Assembly: GCF_036321535.1 (NCBI RefSeq)
Contig: NC_087436.1
Coordinates: forward strand, 34,474,001 to 34,538,000
Reading direction: 5' to 3'
Origin: Camelus dromedarius
Lineage: Eukaryota
DNA: 64,000 nt
The position numbers and the translations under genes are program-made. Positions within the stretch are counted from its first letter, which is position 1. The number at the start of each line of letters is the position of its first letter. Below are positions 1-13,074 of the stretch, piece after piece. A model generated the notes under the pieces. The model saw only the letters and a list, made by a program, of their open reading frames with translations, ran no database searches and was not told the origin of the DNA.

Positions 1-2138
1 CTAATAAAATGGTAAGTGAATCTATATTATGAATAACCTGACAGTACAAGCCATGTTTACAAAGTGTCATAATGTCCTTTATTTTTTTCCATTTAAATAA
101 TAAATTTGGGTCAATGTATCCCTAAGTCTCAGAAATTTTATGTCTGCAATAATTGGGTTTTTATTATTATCATTAATATTATCATTTAATATTATCATTT
201 TTAAAATAATGAAACAGTTTAGTATTTAATAACACTTCTAAAATGTACAAGTAACTCTAACTTGTATTTTCTGGAGATTAGTGTCATAAAATATGGGATA
301 ACCTTTCTCTAAATCACATTCTAATATTCTTAATTTTTTCCCATGATTTTGAGCTATAGACATAGTTTGGATTTTTATACAATAACTGAAGAACATGTTT
401 TTGCCCCTCACTCTGGTTTATTTACCAGAATTACTGGCAAATGATGATAGAAAATTATAGAATAATTAAAACTAATTACAGAAAATTATTTGCCTGGCTG
501 GATTTAAGTACTTTGAATAATAAGTAAATATTTAAGAGTATAAAGAAACTAGATACAGAATACACATTTTAAAAAGAAAGCATCCTGCTTTGACACAGAC
601 CGAATAAAGAATATGGTATACTTTCAAAAATATTCCATAGCTTTCAATAGAATGTAATGGAAAAATGTCTTAGCTATTCGATTATTTCCTGTACAATAAA
701 AACAAAATAAAACAAAGCTGGGTTCTGAGCAAGGTTTGAAGAGTGAAGTAATTGCAAAGATTTCAAAGAAAAAAACAGCTAAAAGGAGTTGTTGAGAATG
801 GTATATTCACTAGTGGTAATTTATATTGTGGATGGTTTTTTCAGTGTGCAAACCAATGGGGAGATTTGAGAGCTGAACTCATTTTTGTCGTGTTGCTTGC
901 TTTTTCCTGCTTTCTCTTTGGCACTGTTATTAAAACACTCCCATTTATACCTGCAAGCGTCAGACTGGCATTTTTTACTTGGCATACAGTGCAAATGACT
1001 TCTCAAGGGCATCAATTTGCCATGCTATCAATTCTTTTGTTTAATTCTTTAAGCAGAGCCTGAGGACGTACTACGCTCAATGAATTTTTGTTAAATAAAT
1101 GGTTTAGTGCAGAGGTAGCTCAGTTAGAGCTTTATTTTCTGGCATGTCATCTAATTTGGTACTCATACACTGCTGGCCACAGAGTTTCTTAAGGTCTAAT
1201 TTGCTTCAATAACATCACATGAACCGACCTGTATACTTTGGCAGGAGCATCCTGATCCTGTGCTTTTGATTATGTAGTTTTGTAAAATGCCATATTTGGA
1301 GTCCTATACTTTTATAAATTATAACTTAGTACAAGCAACATGTATGTTATGAAGGTTAGCCACCACAGTAGAAGTAGAATTTCTCGTAGAGAGAGAAATG
1401 AACACGATGAAAATAAGGTAGATAATTTTGCAACCATTCAGTAACATCGGCTTTCATCATCTAAATAATGATTCTTATTGCAACATTAAAGTAATATATT
1501 TTACATCTCAAAAATTCTTTGTAACTTCTTTAGTAAACAGTTTTGGTAAATTTAAGTACGACTGGTGTTTCAACGTTAAAATTTTTCCATTGTTGTCATT
1601 ATGACTAAGTCTGTTGTCTTTATTCAGATCAGCTATTATCAGGAAAAATAAAAAAGAAAATCAAACACAATATTGCAAAATTAACCACCAACAACCAATT
1701 TGACATTGCCAAATTTGTTTTATGTTTATGATTTCAAGTTTTGCTTTCTCTTACTTGTAGCAAGAACTTACAGGCAGCTGTATAACACTCCGAATTGAGA
1801 CTCCTTAGAGATTTTTATAATTTTCCTGCTGATATTTTATGGTTGCCTCACCCATACCTGTTTTATCAGCAATTTATTTTCAAGAAAATTTCTATTACTC
1901 ATTATTTTTGTAGTATTCAATTTAATTTTTATGAAAGTAATTTTCTTCTGACAACCGAATACCATTGCTTTGTATACTATTGAATTACATTGCATAATTA
2001 CAATATTAAGTAACTCTTGCACACACAGGTTTGAGAATGAACTCATATTCAGCAAACTCTAGTAAGCAAACAATTCCAATGGCTCAGAGCACTAGCCTCA
2101 TATGTTCAGCATTTTAGAGGCAATGAAGACTTGGTTAT

Positions 2139-3060
2139 TGTGATACTGTGATATATAAGAAATATATATTTGGTCATTCAGAAGACCAAAACATATTTCT
2201 CATATATATTTGGTTTTAGTCCACAGTTCTTGAAGCACAGCTCCAAAACCCCTTGGAACTTCCTGAGCATAAGAGCAATGGGAGCATCTTTTGTCACAAT
2301 GTTTGGTTTCTTGTCCTCAGTTTCTGAAAAGCTTCAGTCATAAAGAAATGATGCTTGTTATTCATAACAAGCCCCTTTCCACCACAACTGGCTTTATGTT
2401 CATGAGATGATTTTAGGCAGCAGTGAGGATGGGGGCTGGTTGCTAGGGAAAACAACCAAGAATGGAAGCTTGAAATTTTCAGTCCCACCTCCTGATTTGT
2501 AGGGGGATTGGATCAAATGCCAATGGCCAATGATTTCATCAGTCATACCTGTGTAGTGAGTCTTCCGTAAAAACCCAAAAGGACTGGGTTTGGAGAGCTT
2601 CTGGACTGGCAAACATGCAGAGATTCAGGAAGAGTGGTGCTCCTGGAGATGGCACGGAAGCTCGGAGACCTTTCCCACATCCCTTTTCCTATGCATCCCT
2701 TGCATCTTACTGTATCTGAGTTACATCCTTTTACAATAAACCAGTAATCTAGTAAGTAAAATGCTTCTCTGAGTTCTCTAGCTGGTCTAGCAAATTAATT
2801 GAACCAAAAGTGGGGGTTATAGGAACCTCTGATTTGTAGCCAGTTGGTTAGAAACATAAGGAGCAATCTGGGCCTGTGTATGGCATCTGAAGTGGTTGGG
2901 GGCACTCTTGCAGGACTGAAACCTTAGCTGTGGGATCTGATGCTGTCTCTGGGTAGACAGCAATATAGTTGAACTGAATTTTAGAAAACCCAGCTGGTGT
3001 GGGAGAATTGCTTGGTGATGTAGGGAACCTCTCTCTCCTAATCATCAGAAATTGGTCTCA
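2139..3060 (+). mobile_element. Solo LTR, MER21-like
   Basis: Starts TGTGATACTGTGATATATAAGAAATATATATTTGGTC and contains CTCCAAAACCCCTTGGAACTTCCTGAG, as in recalled MER21 consensus; AATAAA at 2735-2740; 3' boundary approximate. Confidence 0.75.
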
Positions 3061-3226
3061 GGATATAAAAAGTTACACTTGCTAATTAGTTAAGCAGAAC
3101 TCAGTAAGAGAGTGTCTGTAATGTTATCCAAATTCTTTACAACTAATATGTGTTATTTTGGTAATAAGAAACTGGCAGAAGAACTTACCCATCATTAATG
3201 ATGAATAATGTTTCCTTTAATAACCA

Positions 3227-3711
3227 TGTCGACTGAAATAAATGCACGGCCTAAAAGTTCAGAGTTATGTTTTATTCAGTGGACAATTCTGAGGACTCAG
3301 CCTGGGATGACAGCCCCTCAGATTGCTCTGAGCGATTCTCCAAGAGGTAGGGGAGGAGCTAGAATTTATAGGAATTTTACAACAAAGACCAGGTAGTTGG
3401 AACATTAAAAGATTACTCGTTAACTAAAGAAAACCAGGCATCTCAAGTTAAAGAATTTAGCACTTTTCTATGTATGGGAGAGAGCAACCATCTGGGCTCA
3501 TTGTATTCACTCCTTCGACAAGCACCTAGCTATCTAGGGCTAGTATCCTGTCCTTTCTTATTCTGAGTCCCCTCAGGGTGCACCACTGTGAGTGGCTGCA
3601 GAGGCTTGGCTGCAGGCTTGTCTTCTCTGGGGGGTGGCGGCAGCTGCTGATGACTTGATGGCTTCAGCATTCTTTGTTTACTGATACGGTTTGCAGTATT
3701 TTTCATTCACA
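3227..3711 (-). mobile_element. ERV1-like solo LTR (485 bp) with 4-bp TSD
   Basis: TG...CA termini; ACCA at 3223-3226 and 3712-3715; minus-strand TATAAA (3365-3370) followed by AATAAA (3271-3276). Confidence 0.85.
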
Positions 3712-5279
3712 ACCATGAGAATGAAACATACTCACAAGAGTCACAAGTATATGTGTTTGATGAATATCAAATAACCTGTACCTAAACTATTTGAGGCATA
3801 TATTAAATTTATGAAATATCCATGTTAAAAATGATAGAAATATTTACACAAGCATATAAACCAGACCTCTTGTGAGTACTTTAAACACAGTCAATGCAAA
3901 TTACTATTTTCAGCAACTCTTAACTGTGATCTTTACAAAAACAAGAATTATCCTACGTCATATGATATATTGAAATGTCAGTTAAAAAGAAAGTTAACAA
4001 TAACATGTATACACATGATTGTATCAATAACAAAATGAAGTGATCATACTGACTCAGTGTTTTGTGTTACAAAGGTTTTTCAGGGCTTATGAAGTTTATA
4101 AAAGTGGCTAATGTTCTGCCTCATCTATTACAAGCTTCTCAAAACTGGCTTACTATTCATTACTGGGAAATATTCTCAGAGTCCTTTTCAAGGAGTCACA
4201 GAAATGCTAACAGACTATTTAGTGCTGAAATGCAAGGTAGAAGTCTTGGAGGGCAACAAGCTGAGGTCAGGAAAAAGCATCTGACAAGGCTGTCTCTGAC
4301 TGAAAAAATGAGGGCAGGATCAGATAAAACTCTTCCACAGTTCTGTTCACACAGGTAATCAATAGATACATTTGATTTTTGTTTAATTTGTTCGGATAGG
4401 ATTTAGGTGATCTTTTCAAAAGAATTTAAAATGTTTATGTTTTTCTCTTCTAAAAACGGTTTTGGTGCCCCTAACATTAATTCTACGTACATTATCATCT
4501 CTAGATTTTATCTTTTGTGAAATACCCATGAGAAGGAATAGATAATAAAGAAGTGTCCTCTTACTTCCCTCAAAGCTGTAATTTTAGTAGGGTTTAAACC
4601 TAATATTTTCTGTGCTGTAATATTTTGGTTTCATAAAATATAGATTTTTGAAAGACCTTCCTACTGACTGTTTGATGAATAACAAGGAAAAGGAATATTT
4701 TAGCGTCACGAAATTAACATAACCTTCAAGAAATCTAAGAAAAAAGCATTTTACTTCTGTGATTGTCTGAACTGGCCTGTTCTTAAGTCACCTTCCACCA
4801 TATAATAACATTTCAATCAAACCACCATATATAATAAAAATGTATATCTAAATTATACATAGTGTATATTTTCATAAATATACATATACATACATGTCCA
4901 ATAAGATGACTTATTTTTTCTCAGAAATAAGAAATGCATTTTAATTATGTTTAAACCAATGACATAATTGGCCTGTTGTCAGAATCACAGACTGGACATC
5001 TTTTCCAAAACTGTATATTATTCCTGGCGTGATAAGGAGAGGTTTGTGCCAGCCTGACTGAAACTTTAACAGTATTTCAAGAAAAAGGTGATTTGTCGTA
5101 ACTGAATAGGAATGTAATTTATCTTCTCAGTTACTTACCCAAGGACAGCTGTTTTGGCTGACTTCTGAGCTAAGATGGCTGGAAGTTAATATGGTGCTTC
5201 ACCTACTTCCACTGTCCCGTTCAAATATCATAAAATCACACAAAATAATCAATGTTTCAAACAGCAGCAGGAACTAAGT

Positions 5280-5410
5280 CATTCATTTGGTCCCCTATGT
5301 ACTGTTATAGGTTTTGGCTTTCAGTGGTCAATCTGATAGCATAATTTCTCTGCTCATGAAATTTCCATTCTAGTGGGGAAAGAGAGAAGGGAAATGAGCA
5401 AATAACAGTA
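5280..5410 (-). mobile_element. L2 3'-end fragment
   Basis: CTCTGCTCATGAAATTTCCATTCTAGTGGGGAAAGAG resembles the antisense L2 3' end. Confidence 0.55.
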
Positions 5411-6579
5411 ACGTCCTTCCATAAAATGGAGAATGCTGCTCCCTATTTAATTGTATAAAATGAGGGCTGTGTTACATCAAAATGAATGGCTTAAACTGCC
5501 TCAGAATGTTGTATAAAATAACAACCGTGGTGGACTATGTCTTTCCACTGTAGCCATTAAAGGCATGTTTTCACTTCTCAAACCTAGCGTTTTTCCAGTT
5601 ACAGGGATCCAGATAGATACTTGGGAGCTGCCTGTCCACTTCTTTCCTAGAGATACCAAGATCACTCAGTCTCTGTCAGAGATCCACACAGATAAAACGC
5701 TGATTGCCAATCTGCCTCTTCTGCCCGTTATGCTAATGTTGCCCACTTAGTCTGTTTCTATTATCAGATACTTTAACAGGCTTTTGTGGGGCTCAGGATT
5801 CCAGAAAGTCCATTTCAATGGTGCCCCCCACTACCACTCCAGGTCTCCAGAGGGCAGCCACTGCAGGGCCTTTCAAGAATGCTGGGGTTGCTCCCACCCA
5901 CATTCTCCCCTCCCTGTTATAGGACTTACCCTCTTGGCACTCTTTTTTAAGGCACCAGTGCTTCTTACTGGCCAAAGCTAATCAGCAAACAGTTGGAAAG
6001 GGGGTCAGGTAAGTGTATTTGCAGAAGTCAGTTCTGCTTTCTAAGATACGAGCAATGTTGAGGAAGTTTAGGGACTTGATCATCGAGCAAATAGTTAAAT
6101 GACCACGATTTTAGTAGATAAAGATAGTCCAAAGTAGTTAGAAGTGGGTGAGGATTAGCTACGTCCTCAGTGCCACATAATAACAAACTCACATCCCAGA
6201 GAAGAATTTGTCACAAATTCCAATATTGTTCTACTTTTTCATCTTCTTATAACAAGCTACAAAACCATTCATACATTTCTTCTGTAAGTTGATTATGTTT
6301 CAACTCTTTTGATGTGTTCTAAACCCAGCTTGCAGGGAAGGGTTACTTGCCAACAGCAATACAACATTTTGCAGACAAATTCTGTGATACTTAGAGTTGA
6401 TACCAGGCAGTCTTCTGGATACAAGATCATTTAGATTTGAATTACAGGTACTATCCCTCAGAATACTTGCAACAAGTTTCCTGGAATGTTACCCATGTCC
6501 ATGCAAGAATGAAATGTCTTCTCTAAAATGTTTTAGCTAGTCGACCTATTGGCTATTTCTAATCTGAGAGCTCATTTTT

Positions 6580-6679
6580 TTCTTTTTAATTATTGAAGTA
6601 TAGTTGATTTACAATGTTGTGTTAGATTCAGGTATACAGCAAAGTGATTCATAATATATTCTTTTTCAGATTCTCTTCC
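6580..6679 (-). mobile_element. 5'-truncated L1 3' end with TSD
   Basis: TTGAAGTATAGTTGATTTACAATGTTGTGTTAG..CAGCAAAGTGATTCA is the antisense L1 tail; flanked by GAGAGCTCATTTTT (6566-6579) and GAGAGCTTATTTTT (6680-6693). Confidence 0.85.
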
Positions 6680-7229
6680 GAGAGCTTATTTTTAACTGCA
6701 ATTAAGCTAATTAAAACTACAAATTCCACTAATGAAATTTCCCATTTCTCAGATTCACTTTAACAAAGTCCCTCATGTTAAGGACAAGAACAGTTCTTGC
6801 AGCAGTGACTTTGAAGTGGGATCTTTCAGGATAATTCGGGCTGACCACCTCTTGAGTGGGAATGCCTCGTTAGGTCAGATGATTGTTGCCAGAATGTAGC
6901 TTAACTACAGAGTATTCACATTTCAATTACTGCCTGTGTTGTAGTAATTTAAAATAAATGACAGGCATTGTGATGAACTTTTTTTTTTTTCCTTTTTTCA
7001 CTTTGGTGATTGGAGAGATGAAATTCCCTAATTTTCCAAACTGAATTCAATCTTCCTCGAATGTTTTTTCAGCTCCCTTTCAACAATGCAGGGAGTGGTG
7101 TGGAAATCATTAACAAACTCACATTGTGACTAGAATCTTAGCTTCACCAATTGTCTTAACTTCTTAAAGACAGAACTTCATAATCTTTTGCGTATTTTTC
7201 TACCACTGAATTTTATTGCGTTTCTAACC

Positions 7230-7830
7230 TGTAGTCTTTTCATCTTCCAATCCACTAATTATTAATATTTGCCAGAATAATTTGTTTTTAAATTTCATTC
7301 ACTTAAGAACAATCTCCTTTTAAAAATCTTTCAACAACTTCTCATTGCTGCTTCATAAAAAGTAAGTCTTAAACATATTCAATGCTAATCAAAAGCTAAC
7401 CTCTACCTCTTGATTCTCACTGCTTAACATTCCCTGCCTCTTTTTCCTATATTCCATCTCTTCCAAATTGCCTGTATTTCGCCAACAAAATGTTGTGTTG
7501 TTTTAAATGACCACATTTTCACAGGTCTGCTCTTTCTGCCTGAATTCACTTATCTTTCTTCTCCATCCAATTAATCTCAATTCATCTTTTAAATTAAAGT
7601 GCTCCTTTCCCCCAATTTTTTTTTTCTTTTGATGACCTGGGTCATGACGAGTCTGATTCCCCAAACATAAATCTCTGGAACATCCTAGGGTTCCTTAAAA
7701 TATGAAGCTTAACCACTGTATTATAATTATCTTTTTCTCTCTTCTCTTTTCCAGTTGGCGGTGAGCTCTCCAACATCCTGGATCCATAATATCTGAGACT
7801 TTTGAGCCCTCAAATCTTAGAATGCTGCTT
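7230..7830 (+). mobile_element. Highly diverged L2 fragment
   Basis: Pyrimidine-rich L2-like motifs (CTTCCAATCCA..TGCCAGAATAAT, AACTTCTCATTGC, CTCTTTCTGCCTGAA); boundaries approximate. Confidence 0.5.
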
Positions 7831-7888
7831 AGAAAAGTGGAAGTATAATCATTGCATCTTCATTTACTTCAGTTAAATATGTAGATCT

Positions 7889-8037
7889 GTGATCTTGGAC
7901 TTTTTTTAACCTTTCTTTTAGCTCAGCTTCTTCCTCTGTAAAGCAGTAACTGCATATATGTAGTGAGTTGTACTGAGTAGTAAATGAGACTATCCTTGTA
8001 GTGCTTGGTCAATATTAAGTGCTCACAAGTGTTATTT
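7889..8037 (+). mobile_element. MIR SINE fragment
   Basis: GTGATCTTGGAC..CTCAGCTTCTTCCTCTGTAAA core, TAAATGAGA, and TAAGTGCTCA tail. Confidence 0.7.
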
Positions 8038-9659
8038 CACTTCATGTTTCCAACGAATGGTTGAGTGGAAACTAATTGGTTGGCTTCCCGTCAGCACTTC
8101 AGTGGGATTTTTCTCTCTACGTGAGTGTTGCAGGAGCCACCTCCAGCACTTTTTATTCCATGGCTCTGCCGGCCACAGTTGATGGGTCCAGAGTGACATC
8201 TGATGTAAAAGCATTAGGGGGTTTCTCCCCTGAGCCTGAGAGCCAAAAAGATTGGTGGTTGTGTTGGGATGCAAATGGATACCTAGGCAGGAGCAGAGAT
8301 GAAAGAAACAGAAGGACCTAGAAAGCGTTTAATTCTCTGCTTTTAGCTATTTCTTACAATCTGGATGTTTTCTTGTTTTGAGGCCCCTATCTTTCTTTTT
8401 TATATAAGTTGCTGTTTTGCTTGTCACTAGGTTTCTGTTTTACAAACAAAAAATTTAACCTAAACAAATGAGATTATGGTCTTTTTAGAAGTGTAATTAT
8501 GGTCTTTGTAACAATATACTTTAATCAAATAATCAGTGGCTGATGGCTTGGGCTGATATTCTGTGTTTATATTAAAAATATGAGCTGGCAGTATGTGGCC
8601 CAAAATAATGAGTCATAGTTTTCATGGTAATCAACTTTCAACTTTCGTAAAAGAGGATTACACAGGCGATCAACAAATATGTATTCCATAAGCAGATGAA
8701 GAAGATAATCATCATCTATTTAGTAGCTATCATACAAATGTTTTATCATTTCACTGATATGACACTTCAGAAGTTGTCAGATATGTCCTTGTTGTCCCTG
8801 ACGTGGGAATGGTGGGCCATTTGTTTAATGAGTAGCAATTCTCTCCACCTTTACCAGTTGCTTTATCTATCTTTTTCTCCATCAAGATCAATGTACCAAA
8901 AAATCTGTTTATTTACTTCCTAATGCAGTGTTGTGAAATATTAATGCCCAAAGGGTTATTTCATTTGAGACAAAAAAAAAGGTGTGAATCCCTTGCTGCC
9001 TTTCAAAAAGCACTGCGATTTCTAAAAGGAAGGAAGTAAGAGTAAAGTCTCATAGGAAACAGGCTCAGGAGAACACAATGCTAAACATATTTTAAAACAG
9101 CAAATAAAAGTTGTAGATGGCATTTCCTCCAAGCAGCCAACGTTCATTGTCTTTATGGTCTACTTCTGAAGTGAAACCCTTCAGAACTCCACTGCTCAGA
9201 GTACATCAGTGCTGAGCTTGGACGTCCTGAGGGATATTCCGCACGAGCTTTCAATAAGGCAGCCCATGCCTCCCCTACATTTTTAGAGCCCTCTCCCCGA
9301 GATTGAATTGTTGTTCCTTTGCACTTGCATTCTCTCGTATTGATTTTTTTCTGCTTCTTTCATCTGAGTGCTTTCACATCATGTTTCCATAGCTGCGTGC
9401 CTTTCACACACACACACACCAAAACAACGGTACATAAATGCTGGGCTTGGGCCACCTAACCATCAATTTATACGTAGAGATCTCCTTTCTTCATCTTACA
9501 TTATAGACTTCCCACAGGGCTTATAAACGGAGTGTCAGAATGATTACTACTGTCTTTTAAGTTGAGGGGAATACCTAACCCATCAAACCAGATCATAGAT
9601 ATAGATAATACAGATACAGATAAAAAATATGCACACACACATATATATGGTATACATGA

Positions 9660-9901
9660 ATTTAACCTAACTTATTATATATTTATCAAATATTTTATAT
9701 TTTAAATGCTATTAATAATTAATTATTATTACTATTATTAAATACTTTAAATACTATTATTAAATATTATAGACAATATAATTATACATGACTATAACAT
9801 TTATATCATATATGAAAAATATATGAATATATTTATATTATATATGAAAAATATATTTATGTATGAACATATATGTTAGAATAAATTATACAACTATATT
9901 T
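9660..9901. repeat. AT-rich low-complexity tract
   Basis: Nearly all A/T with TATTATTA/ATATAT units. Confidence 0.85.
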
Positions 9902-9963
9902 TATATTAAAATGTACAAGCTATATTAAAATGTACAAGGCTATATTAAAATGTACAAGGCTAT
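9902..9963 (+). repeat. Tandem repeat, 3 copies of ~20-mer TATATTAAAATGTACAAG(G)C
   Basis: Copies at 9902-9920, 9921-9940 and 9941-9960 read directly. Confidence 0.95.
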
Positions 9964-10144
9964 TTAACATGACTCTTTGTATATATAAATAATGCTTCAG
10001 GAATTTACAGAGTTTCTTCAAGACAGATAAACTATGATTTTAAATTGTCCCATTATATATAATATGTGGTCTCAGGTCATAAGATACTTGTAAATAACCA
10101 ATGAGTTAAGGAAAACAGAAACAAATAGTTTAGAGACTGGGCTT

Positions 10145-10470
10145 CTTTTCATTTCTCAAATAAGTCATTCTTTTTCCCACTTAAGGGCCTTTGCACATGA
10201 TGCTTTCTCCACCTGAAAGTCTCTCATGTTTGCTCTTCCTCTAGTTGTTGCTTCTCAGGGAAGTCCTCTCCGAACTCTCAGTCTAAATTATGTCTCTCTT
10301 CTACCTCCTCCCTTAGTACCTATGTTTCCTTTATATAACATATATCAATGTGTTTGTCCCTGGTGGGGTACCTAGTGCCTTGCACAGGACTAGCTCAGCA
10401 TAAATATTCTCTCTCTCTCCCTCTGTCTACTGGCAAGAGTGAATATGTGAATCAATTCATGAATGAGAGA
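10145..10470 (+). mobile_element. L2 3' fragment
   Basis: AGGGCCTTTGCACATGATGCTTTCTCCACCTGAAA, CTTCTCAGGGAAGTCCTCTC and a TGAAT-repeat tail. Confidence 0.75.
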
Positions 10471-11780
10471 TAAAGATAAAGAAATAAAAATGAAGAATGG
10501 TGAGAATTCCTGAAGTGGAGCCATATGGTAGTTTTCACCTTTTCCTTGAGACCAGGTCATATACCATCGGAGAGCTGAGATCTTCTGGGGACAGAATGAC
10601 AGGATGAGTAATGGCAAATAACTGTACACACAACTCCCCTAGCTGCAATCCTTCCTCTGCTGACGAAGGCGTTTCCATTGCTGTGTGAGCACTCATTCTG
10701 TCTGAAGCTCCTGCCCTGGGACTTTTGCACTTCCTACTTTTCCTTGTTGTCGTCACTCACCCACCTAAATCAGTACCCCCTATTCATGGAAGCCTTTGAG
10801 GACAAGCAAAGTCTTCCCTTTCGCATTGTGAAGTTTTATCAGGAAGTGGAGAGATTGCCAAGTCCATGGGGAAAATTCATCCAACAAGCTAAGTATTAAA
10901 ATGTGCAACGCTATTTACTGTGATGACTTTACTCCATTAACTTTGGCAGACAACCTCCAGGGACAAACCTGGGATCTGGGCATCACCTGGACTAGCTCCA
11001 CCTTACACATCTTAAACTCGAACGTTTCACTCTATTTACAGCACACTTTCTTCCTTGTTTTCCCACAACCTCTCTTCCACTCTGACTTCTCTTTAACCTT
11101 GTGGGCAGTCCTTTGAGCTCCCCACTTCCTTCCAGTCTGTCAGCAGCCTCCACCTTATTTCTCTTCCGTCCTAGCTGGCTGGAACCACTTAGGCAACTGA
11201 CACTTGCCTTTTTGTTTTATTTTGTTTTTCTTTGGCTGCTAAGACCCTTGGACATGTTCCTATGGCCACTTGCCTAGAAGCCAGATACTTGCATTCCCAG
11301 GCACCAGTGTATAGGGTGGTATCCTAGCCTGTTCCAGTCAAATATATCTTGCCAAATTGGAAATTAGTGATGTACAAAGTGATAAGAAAAGCTGGCACCA
11401 CATAGAATCCATTCTGGCAAAGGTAGGCTGAACCGCATTCAGTTTCAGTTGGAGCCAGTGACAGAGGTTCTAGTGAGAGCAACCGATATGCAGGGTTAGT
11501 TCTCGCTGCGAGGTCAACTGTGAAGATGTGTTTTACAACAGATGTTACCTGTGATGGTAGCTGTGTGTTATCTGTGCTGAAGTGTCTGTGTCCTGAAAAG
11601 GCTGCTCTGTCCCTCCTCTGCTCCACTTTCCAAGGTGATTCTGGTTGTTTTTCTATTTTGCACAACTTCCAAGCCCTGCATTCTGGTCCATCCTTAACAA
11701 ATTCCATTTCTAATTAAAGTAGCCAAAACCAATTTCAACTAATTATACCCACTGTGGAAGCATTCATCTGCTTGTGTCTA

Positions 11781-11990
11781 AGAGAGCAGAGTCTAGATTT
11801 GGACTCTTTGGTTCAAATCCTGGCTGTACTACCTAGTAGCCATTTGACTTTGGACAAGTTATTTCCTTTCTCTGTGCCTTGGTTTCTTCATTTGTTAAGT
11901 GAGGACAAGAACAGTAGCTACCTCTGGAGGATTCTGTGAGGCGTGCTGGGCACGCTATAAACGCTATGTGAATTTTTGCTATTATTACAG
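11781..11990 (+). mobile_element. MIR SINE
   Basis: GGTTCAAATCCTGGCT B-box-like motif, TGACTTTGGACAAGTTATTT..CTCTGTGCCTTGGTTTCTTCATTTGT core. Confidence 0.85.
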
Positions 11991-12114
11991 TTAGTATTAG
12001 CATTTGCTGGATTACATAAACTGCTTTCATCAGGATCTTTGACTTTATTGTGCCTTTATTTTAATCCAAAATTTATTTATTTATTTAAATTTAGAATATT
12101 TCTTTTTTTGCCCT

Positions 12115-12212
12115 TTATTTATTTTTTAAATTGAAGATTAGTTGATTTACAACATTGTGTTAGTTTCTGATGTACAGCAAAGTGATTCAGTTATACATAT
12201 TCTTTTCCATAT
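12115..12212 (-). mobile_element. L1 3'-end fragment
   Basis: TTGAAGATTAGTTGATTTACAACATTGTGTTAGTTTCTGATGTACAGCAAAGTGATTCAGTTATACAT, same family as 6580-6679. Confidence 0.85.
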
Positions 12213-13074
12213 GTGACAAAGAATTTAAAAGGCATCGATTATGTTAGTGCACTGAAGTCTGAGAGGAACTTTATTTCACGTACTTGAAATTAGGGATAGG
12301 CATTTTTCGCAGCATATTGGGGAGATGCAATTTTCTGAGCAATACAATTGTTACTCTTTTATTTAAAATCTGACAGTGGAGTAAGTGCAGTAGCCTGAGC
12401 AATTACTGTCCTGATGCGAGAAAGTGACATGCAGGGCAGGCAGACCAAATGGAAATGGGGACATTGTGTGTCATCAGAAAAGGAGCAGCAGAACTTGTAC
12501 AGAGAAGAGGAATTTGGACTGAAAAAGATAGAGATATTAGGTCAGCCTCTGAAGATAAGTTTTACTGGATGTTCAGTAAAGAGAAAATAGAATTAATATA
12601 AAATACTGTATATGGTTTATATATTTTTCATATTGTTGTGACTAAGGTTCTATAGAGTACATATTTTTCATTTCAGAATTTGGGTCAAACATTAAAAGAG
12701 AATCTTACTGTTTTCATAAAAATGAATTAAATGATCACTTCAAAAATTGAGATATGGTCTATGTAAGACATTTTGTAAGTAATGCAATAAAGTTTCGCAT
12801 ACTCAGAGTAGACAAAGCTGGGCCAGGCAGAGAGTAAAATCCATAGACTGCTGTGTTCATAAGTTGACTTTTATCTGGAAGTTCTGTTCTGTGTGCTCGA
12901 AGACACTTGTAAGAATGTTTATTGAATTCAATACTGCCCCCCTGTAATGTTATTTTATCATAATTCTTATAAGTTTAAATATTTTATGAATGCATTTTAT
13001 ATCACATTTAAAATATTGATTCAGAAATACACAATTTACACATGAGACTTATGTATTTATTCTTTTTTGTATTA

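Noticed and set aside
2153..2205. Imperfect hairpin GAAATATATATTTGGTC..GACCAAAACATATTTC
   Set aside because: Lies at the 5' end of the MER21-like LTR and is probably part of the element; AT-rich, no evidence for an RNA gene
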